The notes: generated by a model from the letters alone, not told the origin. A DNA stretch of 64,000 bases from Candidatus Multivoradales bacterium (GCA_965223325.1 CBDCWI010000002.1:3200001-3264000), one strand, 5' to 3'. Positions 10,495 to 20,885 are shown, counted from the first letter of the stretch. Numbers and translations: made by a program.

Positions 10495-10708
10495 GGCACT
10501 GCTCCGCAAACGTCAGACGTTCTGGTCGGGTGGATGGGCGGGGGAACGGTCACTGACGGCGCAGGCCAAACGCCGTCTGGGGTCAAAACAGCTGAGGGTG
10601 ATTGGCTCCCCTCTCGCAATCCCTGGGCCAATTGCGACTCCCATGCGGCTACTGCACCCACCTGGCGACACCCGTCCGCCTTTCAGGACGCGCAGACCTC
10701 GCAAGAGG

Positions 10709-11239
10709 TCATCGCCCTCCCGACTCGGTTTCGGTGCCGTCGGCTTCTTCGGTCTGTTCGTCGTCTGTGGCCAAGGCGGATTCACTCGGCCCCCCGTTGG
10801 CGTCGTCGCTTTCCTCGTCCTCCTCGGCGGGATTGAACGCCTGGTAGAACTCGACGAAGCGGGCGTAGTTGCGGCGCACGGTGCGCTTGTCCGGAGCACC
10901 TTCAAGGGCGCGCCGATAGTGCTCGAGGGCCTTTTCGAACAACCCCAGCGCCTCGTACGAGATGGCCAGGTTGTTGAGCACCTCGGGGTTGTCAGGGTCG
11001 AGGGTGTCGGCCTGCCGAAAGCGGAAGAGGGCCTCACTCCACAAACCCCGTTGCGCCATCTGGACACCGAACTCGAGCTGGTCCTTCGCGGTGACCGGCT
11101 TCTTCTCGGCAGCGATCGAAGACGCTGGAAACAGCCCCCCCAGAAGGCCTGTAACGAGCACCAGAAAGAGCGCGAAACGAGCGATCTGAGGGCGCTCAGG
11201 GCCGAATGGCGAGTGTCGGGGGAAGCGAACCTGGACCAT
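10709..11239 (-). CDS. Secreted tetratricopeptide repeat protein with acidic tail
   Basis: GLWSEALFRF, DPDNPEVLNNLAISYEALG and ALEHYRRAL TPR motifs; hydrophobic N-terminus. Confidence 0.88.
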   Translation of the reverse strand: MVQVRFPRHSPFGPERPQIARFALFLVLVTGLLGGLFPASSIAAEKKPVTAKDQLEFGVQMAQRGLWSEALFRFRQADTLDPDNPEVLNNLAISYEALGLFEKALEHYRRALEGAPDKRTVRRNYARFVEFYQAFNPAEEDEESDDANGGPSESALATDDEQTEEADGTETESGGR

Positions 11240-11245
11240 CGATCG

Positions 11246-11251
11246 AGTATA
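11246..11251 (-). promoter_or_regulatory. -10 hexamer TATACT, putative leaderless promoter
   Basis: 6 nt upstream of ATG 11239. Confidence 0.6.
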
Positions 11252-11486
11252 CACACGGTCCTCCGCCTGCGGATTCGTCGTTCGCTCCGAACGACCCGCG
11301 ATCGACTGCCGGTAGAGCAGAATCTCTAGATGGCAAACCGCCGCTCGCCTTCGCCAACCGTCCCAGATTCGTCCCCATCTGTCGGCCGACGCGCAGAGAC
11401 CTGCAAGACTGCGCGGCCACTTTGCGTCTCAGCTTCTGAGAGACCACTCGCGACGAGTCGGTCCATTGCAGAACGAAGGAGAACGC

Positions 11487-12860
11487 ATGTCTCGCAAGAG
11501 GAAAAGCCGGCAGAAAAACGGCCGCCCTGATCGGCCAACCGGTCAAACGAAGGGACGCATCGCCAAACAACAACCCTGCGAGAACGCGCAGCCCCTCCTG
11601 GTCGTGCCGCGAGATCCAGTCGAGTCAGCACTTGACGCCCTCCGCCAACAGCGAGCAGAGAACGAGGCGAGAAGCGATCGGTGGCGCGCCTCGCGGGCCG
11701 ACGCCTTCGATGGCAGTGAGCAGACCGTCGACTTCTTGCTCGCCCTCAACGGTCTGCCGATCGCACGCGACGCTGTGTGTCGGCTGGCGCTGGCCCACGA
11801 GACATGGCTCGGTTCCCGATCCGACACGCGCACCGCCGAGGCCCTGGGGGTTTCGCCGCGGGACCTCGAGGTCGCCGCCTCGGGCTGTGACGACGCGCGG
11901 AGGCGGGCGCATCAAGAACGACAGCGCGCCGCGCGCCTGGGACTCGAGATCATTGCCATCACGTCACCGTCCTACCCAAAGGACCTGCTCGACCTGGAGC
12001 TTCCGCCGCCAGTCCTGTTCAGCAGGAGCCAATGCCCCCGAGAGACTCTTGGTGCCGCCGGAATCTCGATGGTGGGACCCCGTCGACCGGATCCCTGGGC
12101 ACTCGAAGCGGCCCGCACCCTGGCGCAGCGCTTCGCCACTGCCGGGCTCCTGGTCGTCTCGGGCTTCGCGCGCGGTGTCGACGCAGCTTGCCATCGCGGG
12201 GCGCTCGCAAGCGGAGACGGCAAGACGGTAGCCGTCCTGGGGACCGGTCACGGCGTCGCCTACCCGCGCGGCCAGGAAAAGCTGCGCGACGAGATCGCCG
12301 AGCGCGGTGCCGTCCTCTCCGAGTTTCCGATCGGCACGCCGCCCCTGCCGAGGCATTTTCCGATTCGCAACCGCATCATCGCCGCCCTGGGCTGGGCGAC
12401 GCTGGTGGTGCAGGCGAGCGAACGCTCGGGGTCCCTCATCACGGCGCGCGAGGCGCTCGAGCTGGGTCGTGAGGTGATGGCGCTTCCCGGACGTCCCGGC
12501 GACCGACGGAGCGTCGGTTCGAACAGGCTCCTGCGAGACGGCGCGCGCATGGTGCTGAGTGCGCGCGAGGTTCTCGAGTCCACACCAACCACCGTTCTCC
12601 GCCGGTTGCTCGAGGCCCGTACTGTCGCGCAGGCGCACTTGGAAACTGGGAATCAGCGCGCAAGGCCGACGGAGAGCGAATCCGTCTCGACGGCGCTCCT
12701 CGAGTTGGTGGAAGCAACGCCACTGACCGCCGAGGAGCTCAGTCAGGTGCTCGAGCTCCCCTTCGTCGAGGTGCAGGAACTGCTCCTGCGCCTCGAGCTC
12801 GAGGGCCGCCTACGACGCTGCGCGGGAGCGCGCTTCCTCTCGACCGAGCCACAGCTCTAG
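11487..12860 (+). CDS. dprA: DNA-processing protein DprA
   Basis: VVSGFARGVD, AVLGTG, FPIRNRIIA, SGSLITA motifs and C-terminal winged helix; AAGGAG SD. Confidence 0.95.
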   Translation: MSRKRKSRQKNGRPDRPTGQTKGRIAKQQPCENAQPLLVVPRDPVESALDALRQQRAENEARSDRWRASRADAFDGSEQTVDFLLALNGLPIARDAVCRLALAHETWLGSRSDTRTAEALGVSPRDLEVAASGCDDARRRAHQERQRAARLGLEIIAITSPSYPKDLLDLELPPPVLFSRSQCPRETLGAAGISMVGPRRPDPWALEAARTLAQRFATAGLLVVSGFARGVDAACHRGALASGDGKTVAVLGTGHGVAYPRGQEKLRDEIAERGAVLSEFPIGTPPLPRHFPIRNRIIAALGWATLVVQASERSGSLITAREALELGREVMALPGRPGDRRSVGSNRLLRDGARMVLSAREVLESTPTTVLRRLLEARTVAQAHLETGNQRARPTESESVSTALLELVEATPLTAEELSQVLELPFVEVQELLLRLELEGRLRRCAGARFLSTEPQL

Positions 12861-15310
12861 TCGACCCGCATGACGCGAACCGGATCGATACGGCTCGCTC
12901 GCCATGCCGGCACGAAGGAGGCGACGACGGTCACCGCCAGCAGGAGCAGCGGGACGGCGATGAAGGTCGCCGGATCGGCGGCTGGGACGCCGTAGAGCAA
13001 GCCACTCAAGCCGCGACTGAGGAGGGCAGCAAGTGCAACGCCAACGGCGCCGCCCAGGAGAACCAGGCGAATCCCTCCTGCCATCAGGAGGCGTATGACC
13101 TCCATCGGGCGCGCACCGATCGCAATGCGAATCCCGACCTCACGAGCCCTCTGCGCCACTCCGAACGACACCAGCCCGTAGAGGCCCGTGACCGCGAGGA
13201 GCAGCGCCAGGGCAGCAAAGCCCCCCACGAACAGCGCCGAGGCGCGGGCCGGCAACAGGAAGGCGCTCAGGTGGCGCGCCAGGGTCTTGCTCTCGAGCAC
13301 ACGCAAGCCAGGGTCGAGCTCGCGTGCGGCCTGCAGCATGGAAACGGCCGTCTGCTGAGCGGACCCTTCGCTGGCAGCGAGAAATACCACGTAGGGAGAG
13401 AAGTCCTGGGCGATGGGCAGATAGAGAAAGGCCCTCGGGCTCTCGGCGAGCGAACGCACGCTGGTATCGCGCGCGATGCCGACGACCTCGAGGCTGGGCT
13501 GGTCCTCGAGCCTGCGGAGGTGCTTGCCAAGTGGCTCGTCGTGCGGAAAGAAGCGCTCGGCGAACGCCTGGCTGATGATCGCAACCGCCGGCGCTGCGGC
13601 ATCGTCGCGCGTGTCGAACGGACGCCCCGCTACGATTTCGACTCCGGCGGCTGCAAAGTAGCCGGCATCGACGCGCGCGTAGTCGATGATGTGCGCTTTC
13701 TTGCCCGCCGGCGGCTCGACGCCGTCGACATTGATCGAACGCCCCTGGGTATTGGTCGGGGTGAGATTCGGGTTGTCGATCAACCCCGCCGCGACCACCC
13801 GCGGAAGCCGCTCGAAACGCTCACGCAGACGCTCGTAGAACTGCAGGGCCTCGACCTCAGTGTATTCGGTGCTGGGTGTGAAGATGCTCAAGAAGCCGGT
13901 GGGGCGCTCGCCGAACCCCGGATCGAGGCCCTGGGTCGCAATGAGGCTACGCAGGAACAGCCCGGCGCCGATCAAGAGGACCGTCGAGACGGCCACCTGC
14001 GACGTCACCAGGACGTTGCGCAGCGTAAACCGTCGCCTGCGCCCACCACCCGTGCCTTCGTCTTTGAGCGTCGAGACGACGTCAGGCCGGCTCGACTGCA
14101 ACGCGGGAGCGAGCCCGAAGAAGATCCCCGCGAGAAGTGACAACGCGAAGCTGAAGGCCAGCACACGCAGATCGAGCGACAGGTCGAGGGTGATCGGGAG
14201 AGGTAGCGGGAGGTCTGCATTCATCAGCCAACGCAAGGCAGCGACGGCGAGCAGGATCCCGAGCGCTCCACCGGCGAGTCCCAACACCATCGTCTCGACC
14301 AGTAGTTGGCGGATGAGTGAGCCACGACTGGCACCAAGGGCCAGACGCACCGCGACGTCGCGCCTGCGGCTGGCGGCGCGCGCGAGCAGAAAACTCGCGA
14401 GGTTGGTACAGGCGACCATCAGCACCAGGCCAACGACCACCAGCAGCATCGTCGACACCGGGAAGATGAAGCGGTCGATCATCGGGTTCATCACCACATC
14501 CTGGGTGGGGATGGCGTAGAGGTAGTCCTCGCCCTGCCAAGACCCATGGCCAGCCTCGCGCAGACTCGAGCCAAGGGTGGTGAGGAGCGTGTTGGCCTCG
14601 ACCAGACTGGCCCCGGGGGCCAGGCGCGCCTTGGTGAACACCCAGTGCGAGCTACGCTGCTCGAGTTTCGGCTCGCCCTCGGAAGGATTGACATAGCTCT
14701 CGAGGACGATCGGCACATACATCGCCGGATGAAGGCCTCGCACATTGCCGGTGAAGGAAGGCGGTGCGACCCCAACCACCACGAAGGGCTGGCCGGCGAC
14801 TCGAATCTGCGTGCCGATAAGCGCCGGGTCACCGCCGTACTCCTTCATCCAGAAGCCATGATCGAGCACGGTCACCGCAGCACGAGAGACCTCGTCTTCC
14901 GCGGTGAACAGGCGCCCGAGGTGAGCGTTGACGCCGAGCAGCGAGAAGTAGTTGCCACTCACCTGCTCGACCGGCAGCGTCTCGATGCTCTCGGGTTTGT
15001 CGATCTGGCTGAAGGTGTAGCCCGACGCCAGAACGCCCTCGAAGACCCCAGCGCCGGCCGCCCGCAGGTCGTCGAAGTCCGGGTAGGACAGCGGCGAGGC
15101 CGAGAAGTCGGCCTGGTGCTTGTAGATCTCGACAAGTTCTTCCGGCCGCTCGAGTGGACTCGAACGCAGAAGCACCGCGTTGATCAGACTGAAGATCGCC
15201 GTGTTGGCGCCGATTCCGAGCGCCAGCGACAGGATGGCCACCGCCGTGAAACCAGGGCTTCGGACGAGATGGCGCCAGGCCAGGCGAAGCGACTGAAACA
15301 GATCGTTCAA
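12857..15310 (-). CDS. ADOP-type duplicated ABC permease (MacB/FtsX-like)
   Basis: RSPGFTAVAILSLALGIGANTAIFS, ACTNLA, VRLALGASR and REVGIRIAIGA duplicated architecture. TTG start with GAGGAGG SD. Confidence 0.93.
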   Translation of the reverse strand: MNDLFQSLRLAWRHLVRSPGFTAVAILSLALGIGANTAIFSLINAVLLRSSPLERPEELVEIYKHQADFSASPLSYPDFDDLRAAGAGVFEGVLASGYTFSQIDKPESIETLPVEQVSGNYFSLLGVNAHLGRLFTAEDEVSRAAVTVLDHGFWMKEYGGDPALIGTQIRVAGQPFVVVGVAPPSFTGNVRGLHPAMYVPIVLESYVNPSEGEPKLEQRSSHWVFTKARLAPGASLVEANTLLTTLGSSLREAGHGSWQGEDYLYAIPTQDVVMNPMIDRFIFPVSTMLLVVVGLVLMVACTNLASFLLARAASRRRDVAVRLALGASRGSLIRQLLVETMVLGLAGGALGILLAVAALRWLMNADLPLPLPITLDLSLDLRVLAFSFALSLLAGIFFGLAPALQSSRPDVVSTLKDEGTGGGRRRRFTLRNVLVTSQVAVSTVLLIGAGLFLRSLIATQGLDPGFGERPTGFLSIFTPSTEYTEVEALQFYERLRERFERLPRVVAAGLIDNPNLTPTNTQGRSINVDGVEPPAGKKAHIIDYARVDAGYFAAAGVEIVAGRPFDTRDDAAAPAVAIISQAFAERFFPHDEPLGKHLRRLEDQPSLEVVGIARDTSVRSLAESPRAFLYLPIAQDFSPYVVFLAASEGSAQQTAVSMLQAARELDPGLRVLESKTLARHLSAFLLPARASALFVGGFAALALLLAVTGLYGLVSFGVAQRAREVGIRIAIGARPMEVIRLLMAGGIRLVLLGGAVGVALAALLSRGLSGLLYGVPAADPATFIAVPLLLLAVTVVASFVPAWRASRIDPVRVMRVD

Positions 15311-15394
15311 GCGGGGGCCTCCTCACTCTCTGACGCCACTGGCGGGCCAATGTTTCAGAGCTTCACCTCGCGCGGCCAACCCTTCACGCTCTCG

Positions 15395-18205
15395 CTAGGC
15401 GGATTCGCCGTTCGCGGTGGCCGTCTTCTTCTTGGCGACCTTCTTCTTGGCGCCCTTCTTCTTCGAGGCCTTCTTCCTGGCCCGCTTCTTCGCCTTCTTT
15501 TTCTTGGCCTTCTTCTTCGAGGCCTTCTTCTTCTTCTTGGCGCGCGGATCCTTACCCTGGTCGCGCAGCTTCTGCTCGCGTGCGTCAATCAGCTCAGCGG
15601 CAGCTTCGAGGTCGATGGTCTGAGGATCTCTGCCCTTGGGAATCGAAGCGTTGACGACGCCGTCGGTGACGTAGGGGCCGAAACGGCCATCCTTGATCTG
15701 CAACTCGAGCTCGGTGCGCGGATGGTTGCCGACGACCTTGAGCGGCGGGCGACTCTGGCGACCGCGCCGCTTGGGCTGTTTGAAGACCTCGATCGCGCCC
15801 GCGAGATCGATGGTGCGCATCTGCTCGTGGTTCTCGAGACTGCGCGAGTCGGTGCCCATCTTGAGATAGGGACCGTAGCGACCGTCCTGCGCGGTGATCA
15901 TCTCGTTGGTCTCGGGATGGGTACCGATCTCTTTGGGGAAAGAGAGCAGCATGATCGCCTGCTCGAGGGTCAGCGTGTCTTTCGACATGCCGGGCCATAG
16001 GCTGGCGGCCGGCGGCTTGGTGCCCTTTTTGATCTTGCCCTTGTCGTCGAGCTCGGGTTGGCCGAGCTGCACATAGTCACCGAAGCGACCGGTCTTGGCG
16101 TAAATCGGGGTGCCGCACTCGGGATGCTCGCCGAGCGGCCGGTCGCCTTCGGCGGCTTTAGCGAGGATCTCGTTAGCAACCTCGAGGGTCATCTCTTCGG
16201 GCGGGATGTCCTCGCGGATGGTCGCGCGAACGTCGCCGTCGCCACTCTGGACATAGGCACCGTAGCGACCGACCCGAACGGCGACGACCTCACCCTCGGA
16301 GTCCTCGCCCAGGGGCACGGAACAGATCTCGCGCGCATCGATCTTCTCCCAACCCGAACCGATCATGTTCTTGAGGCCACGCTCGCCCACCTCGTCCGCG
16401 TCATCGGGTGGCGTATCTTCGTTGGCGGGGATCTGGCCGCCGAAGTAGAAGTCGTGCAGCCATGGGTTCGCCTCGACGTCACCGCGTGCGATGGCATCGA
16501 GATCGTTCTCCATGCGAGCCGTGAAGTCGTAGTCGACAAGACCACCCAGGTGTTCTTCCAGGAGGCGCGTCACCGCAAAGGCTGTGAACGTCGGTACCAG
16601 GGCCGAGCCCTTCTTCCACACATAGCCGCGATCTTGGATCGTTTGAATGATCGAAGCGTAGGTCGACGGTCGGCCGATGCCACGTTCTTCGAGCTCCTTG
16701 ACCAGACTGGCCTCGGTGAACCGCGCCTTCGGCTGAGTGCTGTGGCCCTGTGGCTCGAGGTTTGACGCCGCGAGCTCTTTGCCGGCCTCGAGCGGCGGCA
16801 GGAGGCTCTCGTCGTCGTCGGAGTCTTTGCTGTTGTCACGGCTCTCGACGTAGACCTTGAGGAAGCCGGCGAAGCGCAGAACACGTCCCGAGGCCGAGAA
16901 CAACGTCTCTTCACCGTCATCGGTGGTGGCTTCGATCCGCGCGGTGGTGGTCAGGCCCTCGGCGTTCTTCATCTGGCTGGCGAGGGTGCGCTTCCAGATC
17001 AGCTCGTAGAGCTTCCAGGCATCGGGATCGAGCTCGCCCTCGAGCTCCTTCGGAGTCTTGAACTCGGCACCGGCTGGCCGGATCGCCTCATGCGCCTCCT
17101 GCGCGTTCTTCGCCTTGCCGGTGTACTTGCGCGCCTCTTCCGGCAGATAGTCGGCGCCGTACAGCTCCTTGATCTGCTCGCGCGCCGCCTCGATCGCCTG
17201 ACTCGAGAGCTGGACGGAGTCGGTGCGCATGTAGGTGATGTGGCCGTTCTCGTACAACCCCTGGGCGATCTGCATGGTGCGACGCGCCGTCAGACGCAGC
17301 TTGCGACTCGCCTCCTGCTGCAGGGTCGAGGTGATGAAAGGGGCGTAGGGCTTGCGCGTGAAAGGCCGCTCGCGGACTTCCCTGACCCGGAAAGGCACTC
17401 CCTCGAGTCCGGCGCGGAGCGCCATGACACGCGCTTCGTCGAGTGCGGTGACGTCGTTCTTGAGTTGGCCCTGGTCGTCAAAGTCGCGGCCCGTCGCGAC
17501 CTTCTTGCCACCGGCCTCGATCAGGCGGGCCGTGAAGCGACCGCCGAGATCGGCGTCGGACTTCTCAGTCGGTTCGAGTGTTGCTTCGAGGTCCCAGTAG
17601 TCGGCACTCCGGAAGGCGATTCGCAGACGCTCCCGATCGACAATCAGGCGGGTCGCCACCGACTGGACACGGCCGGCGGAAAGGCCGGTCTTGACCTTGC
17701 GCCACAGCACCGGCGAGACCTCGTAGCCGTAGAGGCGATCGAGGACGCGCCGCGCCTCTTGCGCGCTCACCAGGCGCTCGTCGATCTCGCGAGTGTTCTC
17801 GACTGCCTCGCGGATGGCCTCCTCGGTGATCTCGCCAAACACCATGCGACGCACCGGCACCTTGGGCGCTAAGACTTCGCGCAGGTGCCAGGCAATGGCT
17901 TCACCTTCGCGATCTTCATCAGTCGCGAGGTAGAGCTCCTCGGCGTTGGCAAGCTTTTTCTTGAGCTTCCGGATCTGCTCCTTCTTGGCCTTGGGCACCA
18001 CATAGAGCGGCTCGAAGTCTTCTTCGACGTTCACTCCCAGGCGCGACCAGGGTTGGCCCTTGTACTCCTTGGGAATCTCGTCGGCATTGGAAGGAAGGTC
18101 ACGCACGTGACCAATGGACGACTCGACCTCGAAGTCTTTTCCGAGGTACTTGGAGATGGTGCGAGCCTTCGCTGGGGACTCGACGATGACGAGAGCCTTA
18201 CTCAT
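15395..18205 (-). CDS. topA: DNA topoisomerase I with C-terminal repeats and Lys-rich tail
   Basis: IVESPAKA, ATDEDREGE, SAGRVQS, ITYMRTDS, AHEAIRP and four GRY/FG repeats. Confidence 0.98.
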   Translation of the reverse strand: MSKALVIVESPAKARTISKYLGKDFEVESSIGHVRDLPSNADEIPKEYKGQPWSRLGVNVEEDFEPLYVVPKAKKEQIRKLKKKLANAEELYLATDEDREGEAIAWHLREVLAPKVPVRRMVFGEITEEAIREAVENTREIDERLVSAQEARRVLDRLYGYEVSPVLWRKVKTGLSAGRVQSVATRLIVDRERLRIAFRSADYWDLEATLEPTEKSDADLGGRFTARLIEAGGKKVATGRDFDDQGQLKNDVTALDEARVMALRAGLEGVPFRVREVRERPFTRKPYAPFITSTLQQEASRKLRLTARRTMQIAQGLYENGHITYMRTDSVQLSSQAIEAAREQIKELYGADYLPEEARKYTGKAKNAQEAHEAIRPAGAEFKTPKELEGELDPDAWKLYELIWKRTLASQMKNAEGLTTTARIEATTDDGEETLFSASGRVLRFAGFLKVYVESRDNSKDSDDDESLLPPLEAGKELAASNLEPQGHSTQPKARFTEASLVKELEERGIGRPSTYASIIQTIQDRGYVWKKGSALVPTFTAFAVTRLLEEHLGGLVDYDFTARMENDLDAIARGDVEANPWLHDFYFGGQIPANEDTPPDDADEVGERGLKNMIGSGWEKIDAREICSVPLGEDSEGEVVAVRVGRYGAYVQSGDGDVRATIREDIPPEEMTLEVANEILAKAAEGDRPLGEHPECGTPIYAKTGRFGDYVQLGQPELDDKGKIKKGTKPPAASLWPGMSKDTLTLEQAIMLLSFPKEIGTHPETNEMITAQDGRYGPYLKMGTDSRSLENHEQMRTIDLAGAIEVFKQPKRRGRQSRPPLKVVGNHPRTELELQIKDGRFGPYVTDGVVNASIPKGRDPQTIDLEAAAELIDAREQKLRDQGKDPRAKKKKKASKKKAKKKKAKKRARKKASKKKGAKKKVAKKKTATANGESA

Positions 18206-18214
18206 GGGCGAAAG

Positions 18215-18245
18215 ACAATAGACGAAGCTGGCGCCCTTCTGTCAA
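18215..18245 (-). promoter_or_regulatory. Putative sigma70 promoter of topA (TTGACA-N19-TATTGT)
   Basis: Perfect -35 at 18240-18245; -10-like hexamer at 18215-18220, 9 nt from the ATG. The spacer is long. Confidence 0.45.
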
Positions 18246-18518
18246 GCGGCCGGCATTCGGAAGTCCGCAGACTGCGCACAAAAACCGCGAAGGAAGGCAA
18301 TGAGGACGGGCATCTGCGGCGACCGTGCCATCAGCAACTCTTGCCGCATGAGCCGATGCACTGCGACAACGAGAGGACGACGAGAGCGCCCCGGACTCTT
18401 CCATCGTGAACCTCGAGACCAGCCGAGTAACCGCGACTCTGCTGGGACAGAATGGAAGCCCAACGCCCGCCGACCCCCTTCTGCGACCCGAGCCATGGCA
18501 CACCCAACTCTGAACTGA

Positions 18519-19877
18519 ATGAACGACGCCCCTCCAGAGATCGATGTCGTCGGAGCCGGACTCGCCGGCACCGAGTGCGCCTGGCAGCTCGCCGAACGCG
18601 GCTACCGAGTCCGGCTGTATGAAATGCGACCGGAACGAAAGACTGCCGCGCACAAGACCGGCGACCTGGCGGAGCTGGTGTGCTCGAATTCGCTGCGCTC
18701 GGACGACCCGGAGCACGCCGCCGGTCTGCTCAAGCGCGAGATGGAACGCTTCTCATCCCTGGTGATCGCCACAGCGCGGGCCGCCGCGGTCCCCGCAGGA
18801 TCGGCACTGGCGGTCGATCGCTCACGGTTCGCGGCACTCGTCACCGAACGCATCACGTCGCATCCTCTCATCGACGTGCGGCGCGAGGAGGTCGCCGAGA
18901 TTCCCGACGGGCCCGTTGTTCTAGCGACCGGGCCGCTCACTTCCGACCGTCTCGCGGCGTCGCTAGGCGATCTCCTGGGTAGCGAGTATCTGTACTTCTA
19001 CGACGCCATCGCGCCGATCGTCGAAGGTGACAGCCTGGACTACGATGTCCTCTTCCGGGGCTCGCGGTGGGGAAAAGGCGAGGGTGACGACTACCTCAAC
19101 GCCCCGATGACCGAAGATCAATACGACCGCTTCTACGACGCGCTCATTGCAGCCGACACCGTCGAACCGCACGAGTTCGAGAAGAAGCTGTTCTTCGAAG
19201 GTTGCCTGCCGATCGAGGAGATGGCCCGGCGCGGCCGGCAGACGCTCTGCTTCGGGCCGCTGAAGCCGGTTGGCCTGGAACCGCCCGGCGGCTGGCGACC
19301 GCATGCCGTCGTGCAACTCCGTCAGGAAGACCTGGCGCGTTCGCAGTACAACCTGGTGGGCTTTCAGTCGCGCATGAGCTGGGGCGACCAGAGGCGCGTT
19401 CTGCGAATGATCCCTGGGCTCGAGAAGGCAGAGTTCGTCCGCCTCGGCCAGATCCACCGCAATACCTTCATCAACGCACCGCTCCACCTGGATCCCTTCT
19501 ATCGCATCAAAGCGCGGCCCGAGGTGCGCTTGGCAGGGCAGATCACCGGCGTCGAGGGCTACCTCGAGTCGGCCGCGACGGGCCTTCTGGTCGCGCTCTA
19601 CCTCACCCTCGAAGACGCCGCCGGTTCGACGGGCGCCACCGTCGAACCGCTGCCCGCCACGACCGCCCTCGGCGCAATGACACGCCATCTCATCGAGTCT
19701 CCGGCCAAGAACTTTCAGCCGGCCAACATCAACTACGGCCTCTTCACGCCGCTCGCGGGCCGAATCAAGAAGCGCGACCGGCGCGCAGCCTATACGAGGC
19801 GTGCGCACGAGGCCCTGGATGGCTGGATCAAGCGCCAGCCCGTCAACCTCGCCAACGAAACGCCAGTGCTCGCCTGA
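18519..19877 (+). CDS. trmFO: tRNA (uracil-54) methyltransferase TrmFO
   Basis: GAGLAG, AELVCSNS, ATGPLT, FYDAIAP, FFEGCLPIE, AGQITGVEGY motifs. Confidence 0.98.
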   Translation: MNDAPPEIDVVGAGLAGTECAWQLAERGYRVRLYEMRPERKTAAHKTGDLAELVCSNSLRSDDPEHAAGLLKREMERFSSLVIATARAAAVPAGSALAVDRSRFAALVTERITSHPLIDVRREEVAEIPDGPVVLATGPLTSDRLAASLGDLLGSEYLYFYDAIAPIVEGDSLDYDVLFRGSRWGKGEGDDYLNAPMTEDQYDRFYDALIAADTVEPHEFEKKLFFEGCLPIEEMARRGRQTLCFGPLKPVGLEPPGGWRPHAVVQLRQEDLARSQYNLVGFQSRMSWGDQRRVLRMIPGLEKAEFVRLGQIHRNTFINAPLHLDPFYRIKARPEVRLAGQITGVEGYLESAATGLLVALYLTLEDAAGSTGATVEPLPATTALGAMTRHLIESPAKNFQPANINYGLFTPLAGRIKKRDRRAAYTRRAHEALDGWIKRQPVNLANETPVLA

Positions 19878-19886
19878 GGACGCGGC

Positions 19887-20879
19887 ATGAAACTCAACCG
19901 ACTGATCTTCCTCTACCTCGAACATCTCGAGCTCGAGCGGAACCTATCGCCGCACACACTGCGGGCGTATCAGGGCGACCTGGCGCGCTTCGCCGACTTC
20001 ATCGACGGCCAGTACGACGACGGTGTGGCCTGCCCGGTGGCCGATGTCGACGCGCTTCTGGTGCGCTCCTGGATCGCGTCTCTAGAGCGCAGCGGTCTGG
20101 CGCGCTCGAGTCAGGGGCGGGCTCTTTCTGCCGTGCGCGGCATGTTCCGGTACGCCTGCCAGGAAGCGATCGCCGAGCACAACCCCGCCGGCGCGGTCGC
20201 CACACCGCGTGCACCTCGCAACCTGCCCCGCCACCTGCGCCCAGGTGAGATCGAGAACCTGCTCGATGCCCCAACCGGAGAGGAAGGTGCACTCGCCCTG
20301 CGCGACCAGGCGGCGCTCGAGGTCCTGTACGCCACCGGGCTGCGGGTTGGCGAGCTGGTGTCGCTCGACTGGCCTGAAATCGATCTCGAGGCGCGGGTGC
20401 TGCGTGTGCTCGGAAAAGGCGGACGGGAGCGCATGGCGCCTTTCGGCCGCAACGCAAGAGAAGCACTCGAACGCTGGCGTGGCGTCTGGCCGGCTGTGCG
20501 TGCCGGCAGCGGGGCCGGCCAGAGCACCAGTGATGACCTCGAACTCGAGCCGGTGTTTCTGAACTACCGCGGCGGGCGGCTGACTGCCCGGTCGATCCGG
20601 CGCATCATCGATCGTTGGGTTGACGCGGCAGCGGTGGTGCGCGGCGTCCACCCGCACGCCCTGAGGCACAGCTTCGCCACCCATCTCCTCGAGGCCGGAG
20701 CCGACCTGCGCTCGATTCAGGAGCTCCTCGGCCATGCATCTTTGGCGACCACACAGAAGTACACTCATGTGGAAGTCGATCGTCTCCTCCGCGTCTACCG
20801 CGACGCCCACCCCCGAGCACGTGGCGGCGAGACCGCCGGTTCGCCCCTTGACGCTCGGGACGCCCACTTGGAAGAGTGA
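19887..20879 (+). CDS. xerC: Tyrosine recombinase XerC
   Basis: LYATGLRVGEL, GKG, HPHALRHSFATH, LLGH, TTQKY motifs; canonical trmFO-xerC-hslVU context. Confidence 0.93.
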   Translation: MKLNRLIFLYLEHLELERNLSPHTLRAYQGDLARFADFIDGQYDDGVACPVADVDALLVRSWIASLERSGLARSSQGRALSAVRGMFRYACQEAIAEHNPAGAVATPRAPRNLPRHLRPGEIENLLDAPTGEEGALALRDQAALEVLYATGLRVGELVSLDWPEIDLEARVLRVLGKGGRERMAPFGRNAREALERWRGVWPAVRAGSGAGQSTSDDLELEPVFLNYRGGRLTARSIRRIIDRWVDAAAVVRGVHPHALRHSFATHLLEAGADLRSIQELLGHASLATTQKYTHVEVDRLLRVYRDAHPRARGGETAGSPLDARDAHLEE

Positions 20880-20885
20880 AGGGTC

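Noticed and set aside
10495-10712. Relay chain between the TPR gene and the next gene (MTSCEVCAS*)
   Set aside because: It starts with an ATGA overlap but ends far from the next start, so the chain does not close. This is a counter-example to the relay idea.
18300-18518. Remnant of an original Zn-ribbon topA upstream of trmFO
   Set aside because: No CxxC repeats or TopA similarity are visible, although the ORF stop abuts the trmFO ATG.
19887-20879. Prophage or island integrase
   Set aside because: Housekeeping xerC context, with no att sites or cargo.
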